Origin: an uncultured Rikenella sp.
GTDB taxonomy: Bacteria > Bacteroidota > Bacteroidia > Bacteroidales > VadinHA17
Reading direction: 5' to 3'
DNA length: 64,000 nucleotides
NCBI GenBank assembly: GCA_964579645.1
Contig: CAZOHL010000003.1
Coordinates: 1,375 to 65,374, forward strand
Shown: piece by piece, positions 36,036-46,110 of the stretch
How positions within the stretch are numbered: position 1 is the first letter of the stretch
How the letters are laid out: each line of letters opens with the position of its first letter
Program-made: the position numbers and the translations under genes
Notes under the pieces: generated by a model
What the model saw: only the letters and a program-made list of their open reading frames with translations
Database searches by the model: none
Told to the model about the DNA's origin: nothing

Positions 36036-38294
36036 ATGAAACTCACGAGACTATCGCTGGTTCTGGCGGCAGGACTTTTTGCGCTGATTACCAGCTCATG
36101 TGACAAGGGAAGGAGTGTTCCTGACAGTGCCGAAGCAAAGGCTGACAGGCTGGTTGCGCAGATGACCCTGGACGAAAAGATAGGGCAGATGTCACAGCTT
36201 GACCTTGGTTATTTCATGGATCCTGAACAGCTGAAGCAGGCAGTCAGGGAAGGACGGTGCGGTTCACTGCTGAACTTCCTCGGTACTGAACAGGTGAATG
36301 AGCTCCAACGGATAGCACTCGAGGAAAGCAGGCTCGGGATTCCTCTGATTATTGGAAGAGATGTTATTCACGGTTACCGAACAATATTCCCGATTCCGCT
36401 GGGTATGGCTGCGTCATGGAATCCGGAGGCGATACAGCAGGCTTTCCGGATCTCAGCCATAGAGGCATCGGCTCATGGTATCAGGTGGACCTTTGCACCA
36501 ATGATAGACATCTCATGGGATCCCCGATGGGGCAGGATTGCTGAAGGCTGTGGCGAAGATCCCTTCCTGGCGTCAACGCTGGCCGCTGCAATGGTCAGGG
36601 GAGCCCAGGGTGACAGCCTTAATGATCCGACAGCTCTGGCTGCATGCGCCAAGCATTATGTCGGTTATGGTTTTGCTGAAGCCGGTCGTGATTATAATAC
36701 AACCTATATCCCCGAACCACTGCTGCGCAATGTTGTGCTGAAACCTTTCCACGCAGCCAGGGAAGCAGGAGTGCAGACATTCATGTCAGCATTCAATGAT
36801 CTGAACGGTGTGCCAACAACAGGTAACCAGTTTACCCTCAAGAAAATACTCAGAGAGGAATGGGGTTTTGACGGATTTGTTGTAAGTGACTGGTCATCAG
36901 TGACTGAGATGATAAACCACGGATATGCGGAGGATGAGAAACACGCTGCGGCAATTGCGATTAATGCGGGTGTTGATATGGAAATGGCAACCACTTCATA
37001 TTATGACAACTTCAAAGCTCTGCTTGAAGAGAAGAAAATCACACAGGAGCAGATTGACAATGCAGTCCGCAATATCCTGAGGGTCAAATACAGGCTGGGT
37101 CTGTTTGATAACCCGTATACAAATCCTGAGGCCTCCGGGAAGATACTTGATCCTGCATTTCTTGATCATGCCCGCACCGTGGCCCGTCAGAGCGCGGTAC
37201 TTCTGAAGAATGAGAATAACACCCTGCCTATCTCAGCTGAAAGAGTCTCTTCAGTTGCTGTGATAGGTCCTCTTTCAGATGCGCCTCGTGATCAGCTGGG
37301 CACGTGGTGTTTTGATGGCAGGGCTGAAAACTCCGTTACCCCCCTCAGAGCCATCAGAGAACTGCTGGGCGACAGCAGGGTCAATTATGTTCAGGCACTT
37401 GCTTATAGCCGTGATAAGAACAAATCAGCCTTTGCCGAGGCTGTCTCTGCTGCCCGCAGATCAGATGTCGTTCTGTTCTTCGGAGGGGAGGAGTATATTC
37501 TTTCAGGAGAAGCCCGGTCAAGAGGTGAGATCAATATTCCGGGCGCTCAGACTGAGCTTCTGGAAGAACTTGCTGCAACCGGAAAACCCGTTATCCTGGT
37601 TATTATGGCAGGAAGACCCCTGGCAATTGGCAGGGAGCTTGAGCTCTCTGACGCTGTCCTTTATGCCTGGCATCCAGGTACTATGGCAGGACCGGCTATT
37701 GCAGACCTGCTTTTCGGTAAGGAATCACCATCAGGCAAACTGCCCGTCACATTTGTAAAGGGTGCAGGACAGATACCGTTCTACTATTACAGAAACAATA
37801 CAGGCAGACCACCATCAGCCAAGTCGTGGATTCCTTTTGACTCCATTCCAACAGTCAACCCGCAGATCTCACTTGGCGACAAGTCATTTCACCTTGACTA
37901 CGGTTTTACTCCTCTGTTTCCATTCGGTTACGGACTCAGCTACACTACCTTTGATTACAGTGATATAGTTCTGTCATCGAAGGTTATGAAGATGGATGGC
38001 TCACTCACCGTGAAGGCTAAAATAACCAATAGTGGCAATATGGATGCTGACGAGATTGTTCAGTTCTATGTCCATGACAGGGTTGGCAGCATCACACGCC
38101 CTATAAAAGAGCTTAAGGGATACAATCGCCTTCGTATCGGCAAGGGAGAAACTGCCGAGGTTGAGTTTACCCTGACGGCTGCTGACCTTGCCTTTTTCAA
38201 CGGAAAGGAGACGGTAACCGAACCAGGAAAGTTTGATGTATGGATCGGTCCCAGCTCGGAGGAAGGCCTCCATGCTGACTTTATACTGGAATAG
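36036..38294 (+). CDS. GH3 beta-glucosidase, lipoprotein
   Basis: The lipobox is ALITSSC. Motifs are LDEKIGQM, GRDVIHG, KHYVGYG and GFVVSDW (nucleophile Asp). A C-terminal Fn3-like domain is present. Confidence 0.9.
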   Translation: MKLTRLSLVLAAGLFALITSSCDKGRSVPDSAEAKADRLVAQMTLDEKIGQMSQLDLGYFMDPEQLKQAVREGRCGSLLNFLGTEQVNELQRIALEESRLGIPLIIGRDVIHGYRTIFPIPLGMAASWNPEAIQQAFRISAIEASAHGIRWTFAPMIDISWDPRWGRIAEGCGEDPFLASTLAAAMVRGAQGDSLNDPTALAACAKHYVGYGFAEAGRDYNTTYIPEPLLRNVVLKPFHAAREAGVQTFMSAFNDLNGVPTTGNQFTLKKILREEWGFDGFVVSDWSSVTEMINHGYAEDEKHAAAIAINAGVDMEMATTSYYDNFKALLEEKKITQEQIDNAVRNILRVKYRLGLFDNPYTNPEASGKILDPAFLDHARTVARQSAVLLKNENNTLPISAERVSSVAVIGPLSDAPRDQLGTWCFDGRAENSVTPLRAIRELLGDSRVNYVQALAYSRDKNKSAFAEAVSAARRSDVVLFFGGEEYILSGEARSRGEINIPGAQTELLEELAATGKPVILVIMAGRPLAIGRELELSDAVLYAWHPGTMAGPAIADLLFGKESPSGKLPVTFVKGAGQIPFYYYRNNTGRPPSAKSWIPFDSIPTVNPQISLGDKSFHLDYGFTPLFPFGYGLSYTTFDYSDIVLSSKVMKMDGSLTVKAKITNSGNMDADEIVQFYVHDRVGSITRPIKELKGYNRLRIGKGETAEVEFTLTAADLAFFNGKETVTEPGKFDVWIGPSSEEGLHADFILE

Positions 38295-38300
38295 AAGAAT

Positions 38301-39143
38301 ATGATGGTGAAGATGATACATATCGGTGCAATATTCCTGGCAATCGTACTTCTGGCACCCGGATGTGACCGCTCCGAAAAACCGGAAGAGTATCCTGATA
38401 ATCCGACTACCGGTGATAAGGTTCTGGTATGGAGCGATGAGTTTGACTACAGCGGACTGCCAGACCCTAAGAAATGGAGTTACGACACTGACGGTAATGC
38501 CTCAGGCTGGGGGAACAATGAATTGCAATACTATACTTCATCGCGCCTGAAGAATGCCGAGGTAAAGGACGGTTATCTTTCAATAACGGCACACCTTGAA
38601 GATTATGAGGGCTTTAAATATACCTCTGCCAGGCTTGTCACCAGGCAAAAGGGAGACTGGCTTTACGGCAGGGTGGAGGTAAAGGCAAAAATCCCCGACG
38701 GGAGAGGCATGTGGCCGGCAGTCTGGATGCTTCCAACCGACTGGTTCTACGGTGGCTGGCCGGCAAGCGGCGAAATTGACATTATGGAGAATGTAGGCTA
38801 TGATCCTTACAAGATCGTCGGCACGGTTCACACGGAAGCATATAATCACTCAATTGGCACACAGAAGGGAGCAACAACCAATGTTCAGACCTGCTACAGT
38901 GACTTTCATATCTATGCGATCGAATGGGAGTTGCGCGAGATCAGGTTCTATGTAGACGATCTGCTTTACTTCACATTCACGAATGAAGGCACCGGCTATA
39001 AGACCTGGCCCTTTGACAAGCGGTTCCATTTGTTGCTCAATGTGGCAGTGGGTGGCAACTGGGGAGGAGCACAGGGTGTTGATGACTCCGTATTCCCCCG
39101 TACCCTGGTTGTTGATTACGTCAGGGTTTACCAAAAGAAGTAG
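38301..39143 (+). CDS. GH16 endo-beta-1,3(4)-glucanase (laminarinase-type), lipoprotein
   Basis: The lipobox is LLAPGC. The GH16 catalytic motif is GEIDIMEN (ExDxxE). It also has WPAVWML. Confidence 0.9.
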   Translation: MMVKMIHIGAIFLAIVLLAPGCDRSEKPEEYPDNPTTGDKVLVWSDEFDYSGLPDPKKWSYDTDGNASGWGNNELQYYTSSRLKNAEVKDGYLSITAHLEDYEGFKYTSARLVTRQKGDWLYGRVEVKAKIPDGRGMWPAVWMLPTDWFYGGWPASGEIDIMENVGYDPYKIVGTVHTEAYNHSIGTQKGATTNVQTCYSDFHIYAIEWELREIRFYVDDLLYFTFTNEGTGYKTWPFDKRFHLLLNVAVGGNWGGAQGVDDSVFPRTLVVDYVRVYQKK

Positions 39144-39147
39144 TGAC

Positions 39148-40566
39148 ATGAAAAGGCTCATTTTACTGATTATGCCGATCCTGCTTGTCTGCTGCAACAG
39201 GCCGGCAGAAAACGGTCCGGGCCAGGAGGATGGAACCGGGATTATGGCTGAGGGGTGGATAACCTCGCCGCAGAAAGGCGTTCTGTTCACGAAACATGCC
39301 GGGGAACTTGAGTTCATGACCACGGGCAATACTGATCCAGCAATCGTTGTCGACACAACACAGCGCTTCCAGGAGATAGACGGTTTTGGCAACTGCCTTA
39401 CAGGAGGCAGCGCAATCCTTCTCAACAAGATGCGTCTGGCTGAGCGTACTGTTCTGTTGCGCGAACTTTTCAGCCCTGACGGAAACGGCATAGGAATCAG
39501 TTATCTCAGAATAACAATAGGTGCCTCGGATCTGAGTGACAGGGTCTTTACCTACTGTGATCTGCCTCAGGGCGAAACAGATCCGCAGATGGAACAGTTC
39601 AGCATAGAACCGGAGAAGGCGGATCTTATTCCTGTTCTGAAGGAAATTCTGGCCATCAATCCCTCGCTCAAAATACTGGGTTCTCCCTGGACAGCCCCAT
39701 TGTGGATGAAGACCAACAACGCATCTGTCGGAGGAAGTCTGAAACATGAATGGTTTGACGCATATGCCAGGTATTTCGTGAAGTACATTCAGGCGATGCA
39801 GGCTGAGGGGATAAACATAGATGCAATTACTGTCCAGAATGAGCCGCTGCACGGAGGTAACAATCCAAGTATGGTGATGACGGCCGCCGACCAGGCTCTT
39901 TTCATCAGGCAGAACCTTGGGCCGGCCTTTGCAGCGGCTGGGATAAAGACCAAAATAATCATTTATGACCACAATGCTGACCGTACAGACTATCCGCTTA
40001 CGGTTCTTAACGATGCCGGAGCCAGGCAGTATATTGACGGCTCTGCCTTTCATCTGTACGGTGGTTCAATTGATGCTCTCACTGCAGTTCATGAGGCTTA
40101 CCCGTCAAAGAACCTTTACTTCACGGAACAGTGGGTGGGCGGACCGGGTAATCTGTCAGAAGATCTGAAGTGGCATGTCGAAAACCTTATTATAGGAGCC
40201 ACCCGCAACTGGTGCCGCAATGTTATTGAATGGAACCTTGCTTCCGATCCCTTGTATGACCCCCATACTGAGGGTGGTTGTGACAGATGCCTCGGAACCG
40301 TGACCCTCAGCGGGAACAATGTAACGAGGAATCCGGCATACTATATTCTGGCCCATGCGGCGAAACATGTGAGGCCTGGCTCTGTGAGGGTATCGACAAA
40401 TACCCTCGGGAACATTCCAAACGTTGCTTTCCAGACGCCTGAGGGCAGGAAGGTGCTTATCGTTGTCAACACAACACCCGATAAAAGAAACTTCAACGTA
40501 AAGTTCAGGGGAAATACACTGCCTCTCAGCCTTGACGGCGGTGCCGTGGGCACCTGGATCTGGTAG
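39148..40566 (+). CDS. GH30 glycoside hydrolase (glucosylceramidase/beta-1,6-glucanase-like), lipoprotein
   Basis: The start is moved to MKRLILLIMPILLVCC, 5 nt after the GH16 stop. Motifs are QEIDGFG, SPWTAPLWMK, VQNEP (acid/base) and FTEQW. Confidence 0.85.
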   Translation: MKRLILLIMPILLVCCNRPAENGPGQEDGTGIMAEGWITSPQKGVLFTKHAGELEFMTTGNTDPAIVVDTTQRFQEIDGFGNCLTGGSAILLNKMRLAERTVLLRELFSPDGNGIGISYLRITIGASDLSDRVFTYCDLPQGETDPQMEQFSIEPEKADLIPVLKEILAINPSLKILGSPWTAPLWMKTNNASVGGSLKHEWFDAYARYFVKYIQAMQAEGINIDAITVQNEPLHGGNNPSMVMTAADQALFIRQNLGPAFAAAGIKTKIIIYDHNADRTDYPLTVLNDAGARQYIDGSAFHLYGGSIDALTAVHEAYPSKNLYFTEQWVGGPGNLSEDLKWHVENLIIGATRNWCRNVIEWNLASDPLYDPHTEGGCDRCLGTVTLSGNNVTRNPAYYILAHAAKHVRPGSVRVSTNTLGNIPNVAFQTPEGRKVLIVVNTTPDKRNFNVKFRGNTLPLSLDGGAVGTWIW

Positions 40567-40570
40567 GCTT

Positions 40571-42625
40571 CTATCGCTTTACAACCATCCGCGGGAAACT
40601 GCCCTCACGGGTGAAAATTCTTACTATATAAACCCCGGATAGAAGGGCGCTCATGTCCACTCTGGTCTCATGGCCGTTGATTTCCTGCGACAGCAGGATG
40701 GTTCCCCGAAGGTCATAAATGCAGATACTGGTTATTTCGGTTTCTGACGTGACCGTGAGCAGGTCATTTACCGGGTTGGGATAGACCGTGAAAGAAAGGT
40801 CTTCAGTTGGTTCGCCAACAGAGGTTATTACTTCAGATGAGGCATCCCAGCTTGTCGCCAGGTTATTGTCAAGGGCTGTATCCCTGAGGCGGAGATAGGC
40901 GCCGTTACCGTCAGCATCGGGCCATGGAGTCTCGTCTGAATATTCTACGATGTCTATCAGGTTACCGAAAGCGTCAGCCAGGATAAGAGCCTCACCGCTG
41001 TTTGAGAGATGCCTTGTGAACTGTCCGAAGGGTGAGAAACCGTATAATGCCTGGAAGACGGTGGCATTTGATGCCAGTATCACACAAAGCCCCGGTTCGA
41101 GGGTGGTATTTGCAGGGAACTGGTAGACCAGTCCCGTACCCATGAAGTAAATCCCGCTCAGATTCACAGTGGATGGCCCTGTGTTTCGTATCTCCAGGAA
41201 CTCCAGGTCATCGCCGTCAGGAAACTGGGTGGATGTCTGCGGATGATACATTATCTTCGTTATCGTAAGCTGTGGCAGTACGACGTTACTGCATGCGCTG
41301 AAGCTTCCGAGCCCGGCAGTTATCCATTCTTCACGTGCCGTCATGAAGGATTTGATGGCTGCAATTCTTTCCGCATGTCTTGCCTGCTTGTTCCACCGCT
41401 GGCAGTCGCGCGCAACGGCTTCTGTTATCATGGCCACGGTCTCGTCGAGAAAAGTCTCCCTGACGGACCTGTTCAACGGCATTCCCGGCCCGGTAAGTTC
41501 ATTCCACCTCCTGGACAGGTAACACCTGTACTGGCTGTTATAGAAAAGATCCCGCCAGAAGCGCGAACCATTGTTGTAGTAGTAGTCCTCAAAATACCAG
41601 AGATTGGTCCTGCTCCTGTCAAGATACCACTGGAATAGATCATTCCCGAAAGAAAGGTCGAGGTCCCAGACCGGACCCGCGCGAAGCTTCCCGTTCCGGT
41701 CCTTGTGAAAATAGGTGCTGTACTGGTAAGCGTCAGGATTTGAGGCAAATTCGTTCACAATCATGAAATCAATGAAGGAGGGGACGTCAATCAGGGTGGG
41801 GTATCCGTTCACCACAGATGCATCATTGTTGCGGGCTGCAGATGCAAGCTTGAAGAACTCATTGCTGATATATGCAGTCTGTTCAATGGTAGCCTCTTCA
41901 GGCTTTGGAAGCTCGTGAATGTAGTCAGTTGTGGCTCCCTGTGGATATGATTCCATGGTCCAGGATTTCCAATCTCCGCCTGTTGTCTTGTCAGCCTTCG
42001 ATATGTATCCGCCTGACAATGCAGGAAGTGCATTGTCAGTCTTGCTGATCTTTGTCACGTCGATCCTGTGGTCGTCGGCCTTGAGCTTTTCCTGGAGCAT
42101 GTAGAGACCCCTGTAGTTGTTATTGATTATCACCTCGCAATATACCGCCCTGGAGGCATAATTGCCCAATTTCCCGAACAGGTTTTGGCAGAAGTAATCA
42201 CGGATGAAGGCGGTGTCAAACACCATTCCGCCGAGTATCCAGTCATTTTCCTCGGGCATGCCCAGCAGGCTGATATTATTGTTTGTGACATCATCGGCCA
42301 TGCGGGTGGTGAAACCGTAACTCTTCTTGGGTGATTCCTGCGAAGATGAGCCCCTTAGCTCAATTCCTATCCTGCCGTTGTAGTTAAGATAGAGAGGATT
42401 ATCCTGATCGGCAACGTAATTGCGCTGTCCCGGTCCGCGGTCAATTATCTTCATTGTTGCCTTGACCTTGGGCTCGTCGGGGATTGTCACTCCGCCGTCA
42501 GTGCTGATTATGACTATGGGCAGGTTGCTGTCGGTAAGAGTTTGTCCCGCGACAGGCGCAGCCATGAGAAAAAGCAATATGAAATGCAACCCATGTCTCA
42601 TCTTCAATTCTACATAACCTTTCAA
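40571..42625 (-). CDS. CotH-kinase-family protein with lamin-tail domain and T9SS C-terminal sorting domain
   Basis: It has a signal peptide and a long CotH-like region. The LTD region is ITKIMYHPQ...LEFLEIRNTG...VNLSG. The C-terminus is FTVYPNPVNDLLTV...SGVYIVRI, as in T9SS type-A CTDs. Confidence 0.7.
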   Translation of the reverse strand: MKGYVELKMRHGLHFILLFLMAAPVAGQTLTDSNLPIVIISTDGGVTIPDEPKVKATMKIIDRGPGQRNYVADQDNPLYLNYNGRIGIELRGSSSQESPKKSYGFTTRMADDVTNNNISLLGMPEENDWILGGMVFDTAFIRDYFCQNLFGKLGNYASRAVYCEVIINNNYRGLYMLQEKLKADDHRIDVTKISKTDNALPALSGGYISKADKTTGGDWKSWTMESYPQGATTDYIHELPKPEEATIEQTAYISNEFFKLASAARNNDASVVNGYPTLIDVPSFIDFMIVNEFASNPDAYQYSTYFHKDRNGKLRAGPVWDLDLSFGNDLFQWYLDRSRTNLWYFEDYYYNNGSRFWRDLFYNSQYRCYLSRRWNELTGPGMPLNRSVRETFLDETVAMITEAVARDCQRWNKQARHAERIAAIKSFMTAREEWITAGLGSFSACSNVVLPQLTITKIMYHPQTSTQFPDGDDLEFLEIRNTGPSTVNLSGIYFMGTGLVYQFPANTTLEPGLCVILASNATVFQALYGFSPFGQFTRHLSNSGEALILADAFGNLIDIVEYSDETPWPDADGNGAYLRLRDTALDNNLATSWDASSEVITSVGEPTEDLSFTVYPNPVNDLLTVTSETEITSICIYDLRGTILLSQEINGHETRVDMSALLSGVYIVRIFTREGSFPRMVVKR

Positions 42626-42699
42626 AAATAGGATTATTGTGATGAATTTAACATGTGCCGGGTATATTTGCAGTTATACTTTCACAATTTGCGATAGTC

Positions 42700-43629
42700 A
42701 TGATGGAGAAGAGGATCAGGGTAAAAGCACCGGCGACTGTATCAAATCTGAGCTGCGGGTTTGATGTCATAGGACTCGCCCTCGGCGAACCGTTTGATAT
42801 TGTTGAGCTTGAACTGACTGACAGCGGGAGTGTAGTCATTGAGGATATCAGTGGTTGCGGTACGCTGAGCAGGGAGCCTGGAAAAAACGTTGTTGGTGCT
42901 GTTCTTGAGGCAGCAGTTGTCATGGCCGGAGGAAGTACCGGATTCAGGGTCAGTATTGAAAAGGGTATCAGGCCGGGCAGCGGAATCGGATCAAGCGGCG
43001 CCAGTGCTGCGGCAGCCGCTTTCGGCGCAAACCTTCTTCTGGGAAATAAATTCACACAATCAGAAATTGTCAGCCTTGCAATGGAGGGAGAGAGGCTTGC
43101 TTCAGGCTCGGCACATGCCGACAATGTGGCTCCTGCATTGTTTGGAGGAATTACACTTGTTCGCAGTTATGAGCCACTTGATATTATTGAGCTACACGTT
43201 CCAGCAGAGCTTTATTGCGTTGTAATACACCCGTTCAGTGAGGTCAAAACTTCTGTGGCAAGAGGAATTCTCGACAAAGAGATTCCGCTCGTCACAGCAG
43301 TGAGGCAGTGGGGCAACCTTGCCGGACTTGTGGCAGGGCTGTACAGTGAGGATTACAGTCTGATTGGACGATCACTTAAAGATTATGTGGCAGAGCCCAG
43401 ACGGTCCGTATTGATCAAGGGATTCGACAAGCTGAAGAAGTCGGCCATGGAATCAGGAGCCCTGGGTGCCGGTATCTCGGGCTCGGGACCATCTGTTTTT
43501 GCATTGTGCAGGGGCCGCGAATCAGCGGCATCTGTGATGAGGAGCATGTCTGATACAATGAAGGCTCAGGGGATCGGATTTGATTCATACATGTCACCGG
43601 TAAGCAGGAGAGGAGCACAGCTGTGTTAA
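42700..43629 (+). CDS. thrB: Homoserine kinase (GHMP family)
   Basis: It has KAPATVSNLSCGFD and the GHMP motif PGSGIGSSGASAAAAA. It is adjacent to thrC. Confidence 0.85.
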   Translation: MMEKRIRVKAPATVSNLSCGFDVIGLALGEPFDIVELELTDSGSVVIEDISGCGTLSREPGKNVVGAVLEAAVVMAGGSTGFRVSIEKGIRPGSGIGSSGASAAAAAFGANLLLGNKFTQSEIVSLAMEGERLASGSAHADNVAPALFGGITLVRSYEPLDIIELHVPAELYCVVIHPFSEVKTSVARGILDKEIPLVTAVRQWGNLAGLVAGLYSEDYSLIGRSLKDYVAEPRRSVLIKGFDKLKKSAMESGALGAGISGSGPSVFALCRGRESAASVMRSMSDTMKAQGIGFDSYMSPVSRRGAQLC

Positions 43630-43648
43630 GTCTGAAGTTCAGGAAGCC

Positions 43649-44950
43649 ATGAAGTATTATAATCTTAAAAATCCGCGGTTAACGACAGGCTTCAGGGGTG
43701 CTGTCGAGAGAGGTATCTCAGCGGACATGGGTCTGTTCATGCCGGAACGGATTCCGGTGATGAATGCAGCTTTCTTTAAAAAGCTGCCCGGAATGACTTT
43801 AGCTGAGATAGCGGTGGAGGTCGGACAACATTACATCGGTGATGAGATACCGTCACCTGTAGTGAGACAGATTTGTGAGGAGGCATTCAGCTTCCCTGTT
43901 GTCATCAGACAACTGGATGAGAACAGGCATGTCCTGGAACTGTTTCATGGTCCTACGGCCGCTTTCAAGGATTTCGGAGCAAGATTCATGGCCGGATGTT
44001 TTCGTTACTTCTCTTCATGTGATGACCGACGTACGGTTGTACTTGTGGCAACCTCGGGTGACACTGGCGGTGCAATAGCCTCAAGCTTTCTCGGTGTGGA
44101 CGGGGTAGACGTGATTATTCTGTATCCTTCTGGAAAAGTGAGCCCGATCCAGGAGAGACAGCTTACCACCCTTGGCAGGAACATCACGGCAACAGAGGTG
44201 GATGGCTCCTTCGATGACTGCCAGGCAATGGTGAAAAGCGCCCTTGCCGGGTCTTCCTCACTTGCAAAAGTGAAACTCACGTCTGCAAATTCAATCAACA
44301 TAGCCCGTCTGTTACCGCAGAGTTTCTATTACTATTATGCAATGGGCCGTGCAGGAATTGGCCGGGTGGTATCAGTCCCAAGCGGGAATTTTGGCAACAT
44401 TACGGCAGCCGCCATGGCCGGAAAGTCAGGACTCGGCATAGACCACCTGGTTGCTGCAACCAACATTAACAGGGTGGTGCCAGAGTATCTTGAGACGGGT
44501 TATTACGCCCCTGCCATTTCTGTAACTACAATAGCAAATGCAATGGATGTAGGCAATCCCGGCAATTTCGACAGGTTCAGGAGAGTATTTGATGACGACT
44601 ATGGGAAAATCTCCGCATTTGTATCCGGTTACTGGTTCGATGATGACCGGATCAGAGAACACATAGTTCAGGAGTACCGTAAGACGGGCTACCTGCTTGA
44701 TCCTCACGGAGCAGTTGCAAGCCTTGGCCTTAATGCTTACCTGGAGCATCATCCCGGGTCAGCCGGTATTTTCGTGGCTACGGCACACCCGGCCAAATTC
44801 AGGGAAATCGTGGAGCCGCTAATCGGGCATTCCGTAGAGCTCCCCGAAAGTCTCAGTAACATTCCTGACGGGCAGAAACAATCGGTAAAGATGAGTGCCG
44901 GTGCGCAATTCCTTCGGGAATACCTTCTTGACAGATATCAGAACGGATAA
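43649..44950 (+). CDS. thrC: Threonine synthase
   Basis: The PLP-lysine motif is FHGPTAAFKDFGARF. It also has SGDTGGA and SANSINIARL. Confidence 0.9.
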   Translation: MKYYNLKNPRLTTGFRGAVERGISADMGLFMPERIPVMNAAFFKKLPGMTLAEIAVEVGQHYIGDEIPSPVVRQICEEAFSFPVVIRQLDENRHVLELFHGPTAAFKDFGARFMAGCFRYFSSCDDRRTVVLVATSGDTGGAIASSFLGVDGVDVIILYPSGKVSPIQERQLTTLGRNITATEVDGSFDDCQAMVKSALAGSSSLAKVKLTSANSINIARLLPQSFYYYYAMGRAGIGRVVSVPSGNFGNITAAAMAGKSGLGIDHLVAATNINRVVPEYLETGYYAPAISVTTIANAMDVGNPGNFDRFRRVFDDDYGKISAFVSGYWFDDDRIREHIVQEYRKTGYLLDPHGAVASLGLNAYLEHHPGSAGIFVATAHPAKFREIVEPLIGHSVELPESLSNIPDGQKQSVKMSAGAQFLREYLLDRYQNG

Positions 44951-44973
44951 CGAAATAATTGAAGATTCCTGTC

Positions 44974-46110
44974 ATGAGTGATAATAGCCGCGAGTTCCAG
45001 GTTTTTGTCAAACCGGTAGGTGCAAGGTGCAACCTCAGGTGCAGCTACTGCTATTACAGGAATAAAGTGCCTCATGGTGTCCCACTCCGGGGATCCGTAA
45101 TGAATGATGCAGTTCTCACTGAATATATCCGACAGCATCTTGCCGCTTCGGATGGCAGCGAGGTCTTTTTCTCATGGCATGGAGGAGAACCGTTACTGGC
45201 AGGGATTGAATTTTACAGGGGTGCCGTCGGTATTCAAAAGAGGCTTGCCCCGGCCGGATGCAGGATTACCAATGGCATCCAGACCAATGCGACACTGTTG
45301 GATGAGGAGTGGGGGAGGTTCCTCAGCGAGGCCGGTTTCTATGTGGGAGTAAGCCTTGACGGACCGGAGCGGTTCCATAACGGCAACAGGCATGGAGATG
45401 ACGGAAGCGGTACATTTGCCGGAGTGATCAGAGGGCTGGAAATCCTGCTGAAACATAACGTGCCGCATGAGGTCCTTTGTGTTGTCAACAGTTGCAATGT
45501 GAAGGCTCCGCTGGAGGTCTACAGGTTTTTCCGCGATCAGGAGATAAAGTTTGTTACTTTTCTTCCGATGGTTGAGCGAAAGAACCGGTACTCGCCGGAA
45601 GTGACTGAAAGAAGTGTCGGTGCGGCTGACTTCGGGAGATTTCTTTCTGAGATTTTCGATGAATGGGTCCTGCAGGATATCGGCCGGATCAGGATTCAGA
45701 TCTTTGAGGAGGTGCTGCGCACCGCCTTCGGTCAGGGTCATACTTTGTGCATTTTCAAGCCTGTATGCGGAACAGTTCCGGTGGTGGAGATGAATGGTGA
45801 TTTCTATTCCTGTGATCATTTCGTTGATGAGGAGTTCCGGATTGGCAATATCATGAACCGGCCGCTTGCATCACTCCTTGATGATCCGTTGCAGAAGTCA
45901 TTCGGCGAAGCCAAGAAAACAACCCTGCCCCGCTATTGTATTGATTGCGAAGTTCTTGATATGTGCAATGGTGAGTGTCCGCGCAACAGGTTCATCAGAA
46001 CCCCTGACGGCCTGCCCGGGTTGAACTACCTGTGCGAAGGCTACAGGGAATTTTTTAACCACAGCCAACCGTTCGTGAAAGAGGTAGCCCGGGTCTGGAA
46101 AAACGGTTAG
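44974..46110 (+). CDS. Anaerobic sulfatase-maturating enzyme (radical SAM/SPASM)
   Basis: It has KPVGARCNLRCSYCYY (CxxxCxxC). The C-terminal SPASM cysteines are CIDCEVLDMCNGECP. The ORF-track start at 44959 is TTG, so the ATG at 44974 is preferred. Confidence 0.8.
   Translation: MSDNSREFQVFVKPVGARCNLRCSYCYYRNKVPHGVPLRGSVMNDAVLTEYIRQHLAASDGSEVFFSWHGGEPLLAGIEFYRGAVGIQKRLAPAGCRITNGIQTNATLLDEEWGRFLSEAGFYVGVSLDGPERFHNGNRHGDDGSGTFAGVIRGLEILLKHNVPHEVLCVVNSCNVKAPLEVYRFFRDQEIKFVTFLPMVERKNRYSPEVTERSVGAADFGRFLSEIFDEWVLQDIGRIRIQIFEEVLRTAFGQGHTLCIFKPVCGTVPVVEMNGDFYSCDHFVDEEFRIGNIMNRPLASLLDDPLQKSFGEAKKTTLPRYCIDCEVLDMCNGECPRNRFIRTPDGLPGLNYLCEGYREFFNHSQPFVKEVARVWKNG

Noticed and set aside
39163-40053. A 296-aa minus-strand ORF inside the GH30 gene.
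   Set aside because: It is antisense to a well-supported GH30 CDS. It has no motifs and an R/C/H-rich composition typical of a shadow frame.
46107-46110. Convergent anSME and dienelactone-hydrolase genes whose stop codons overlap (TTAG).
   Set aside because: This is real but trivial genome compaction. It has no functional implication beyond the absence of an intervening terminator.
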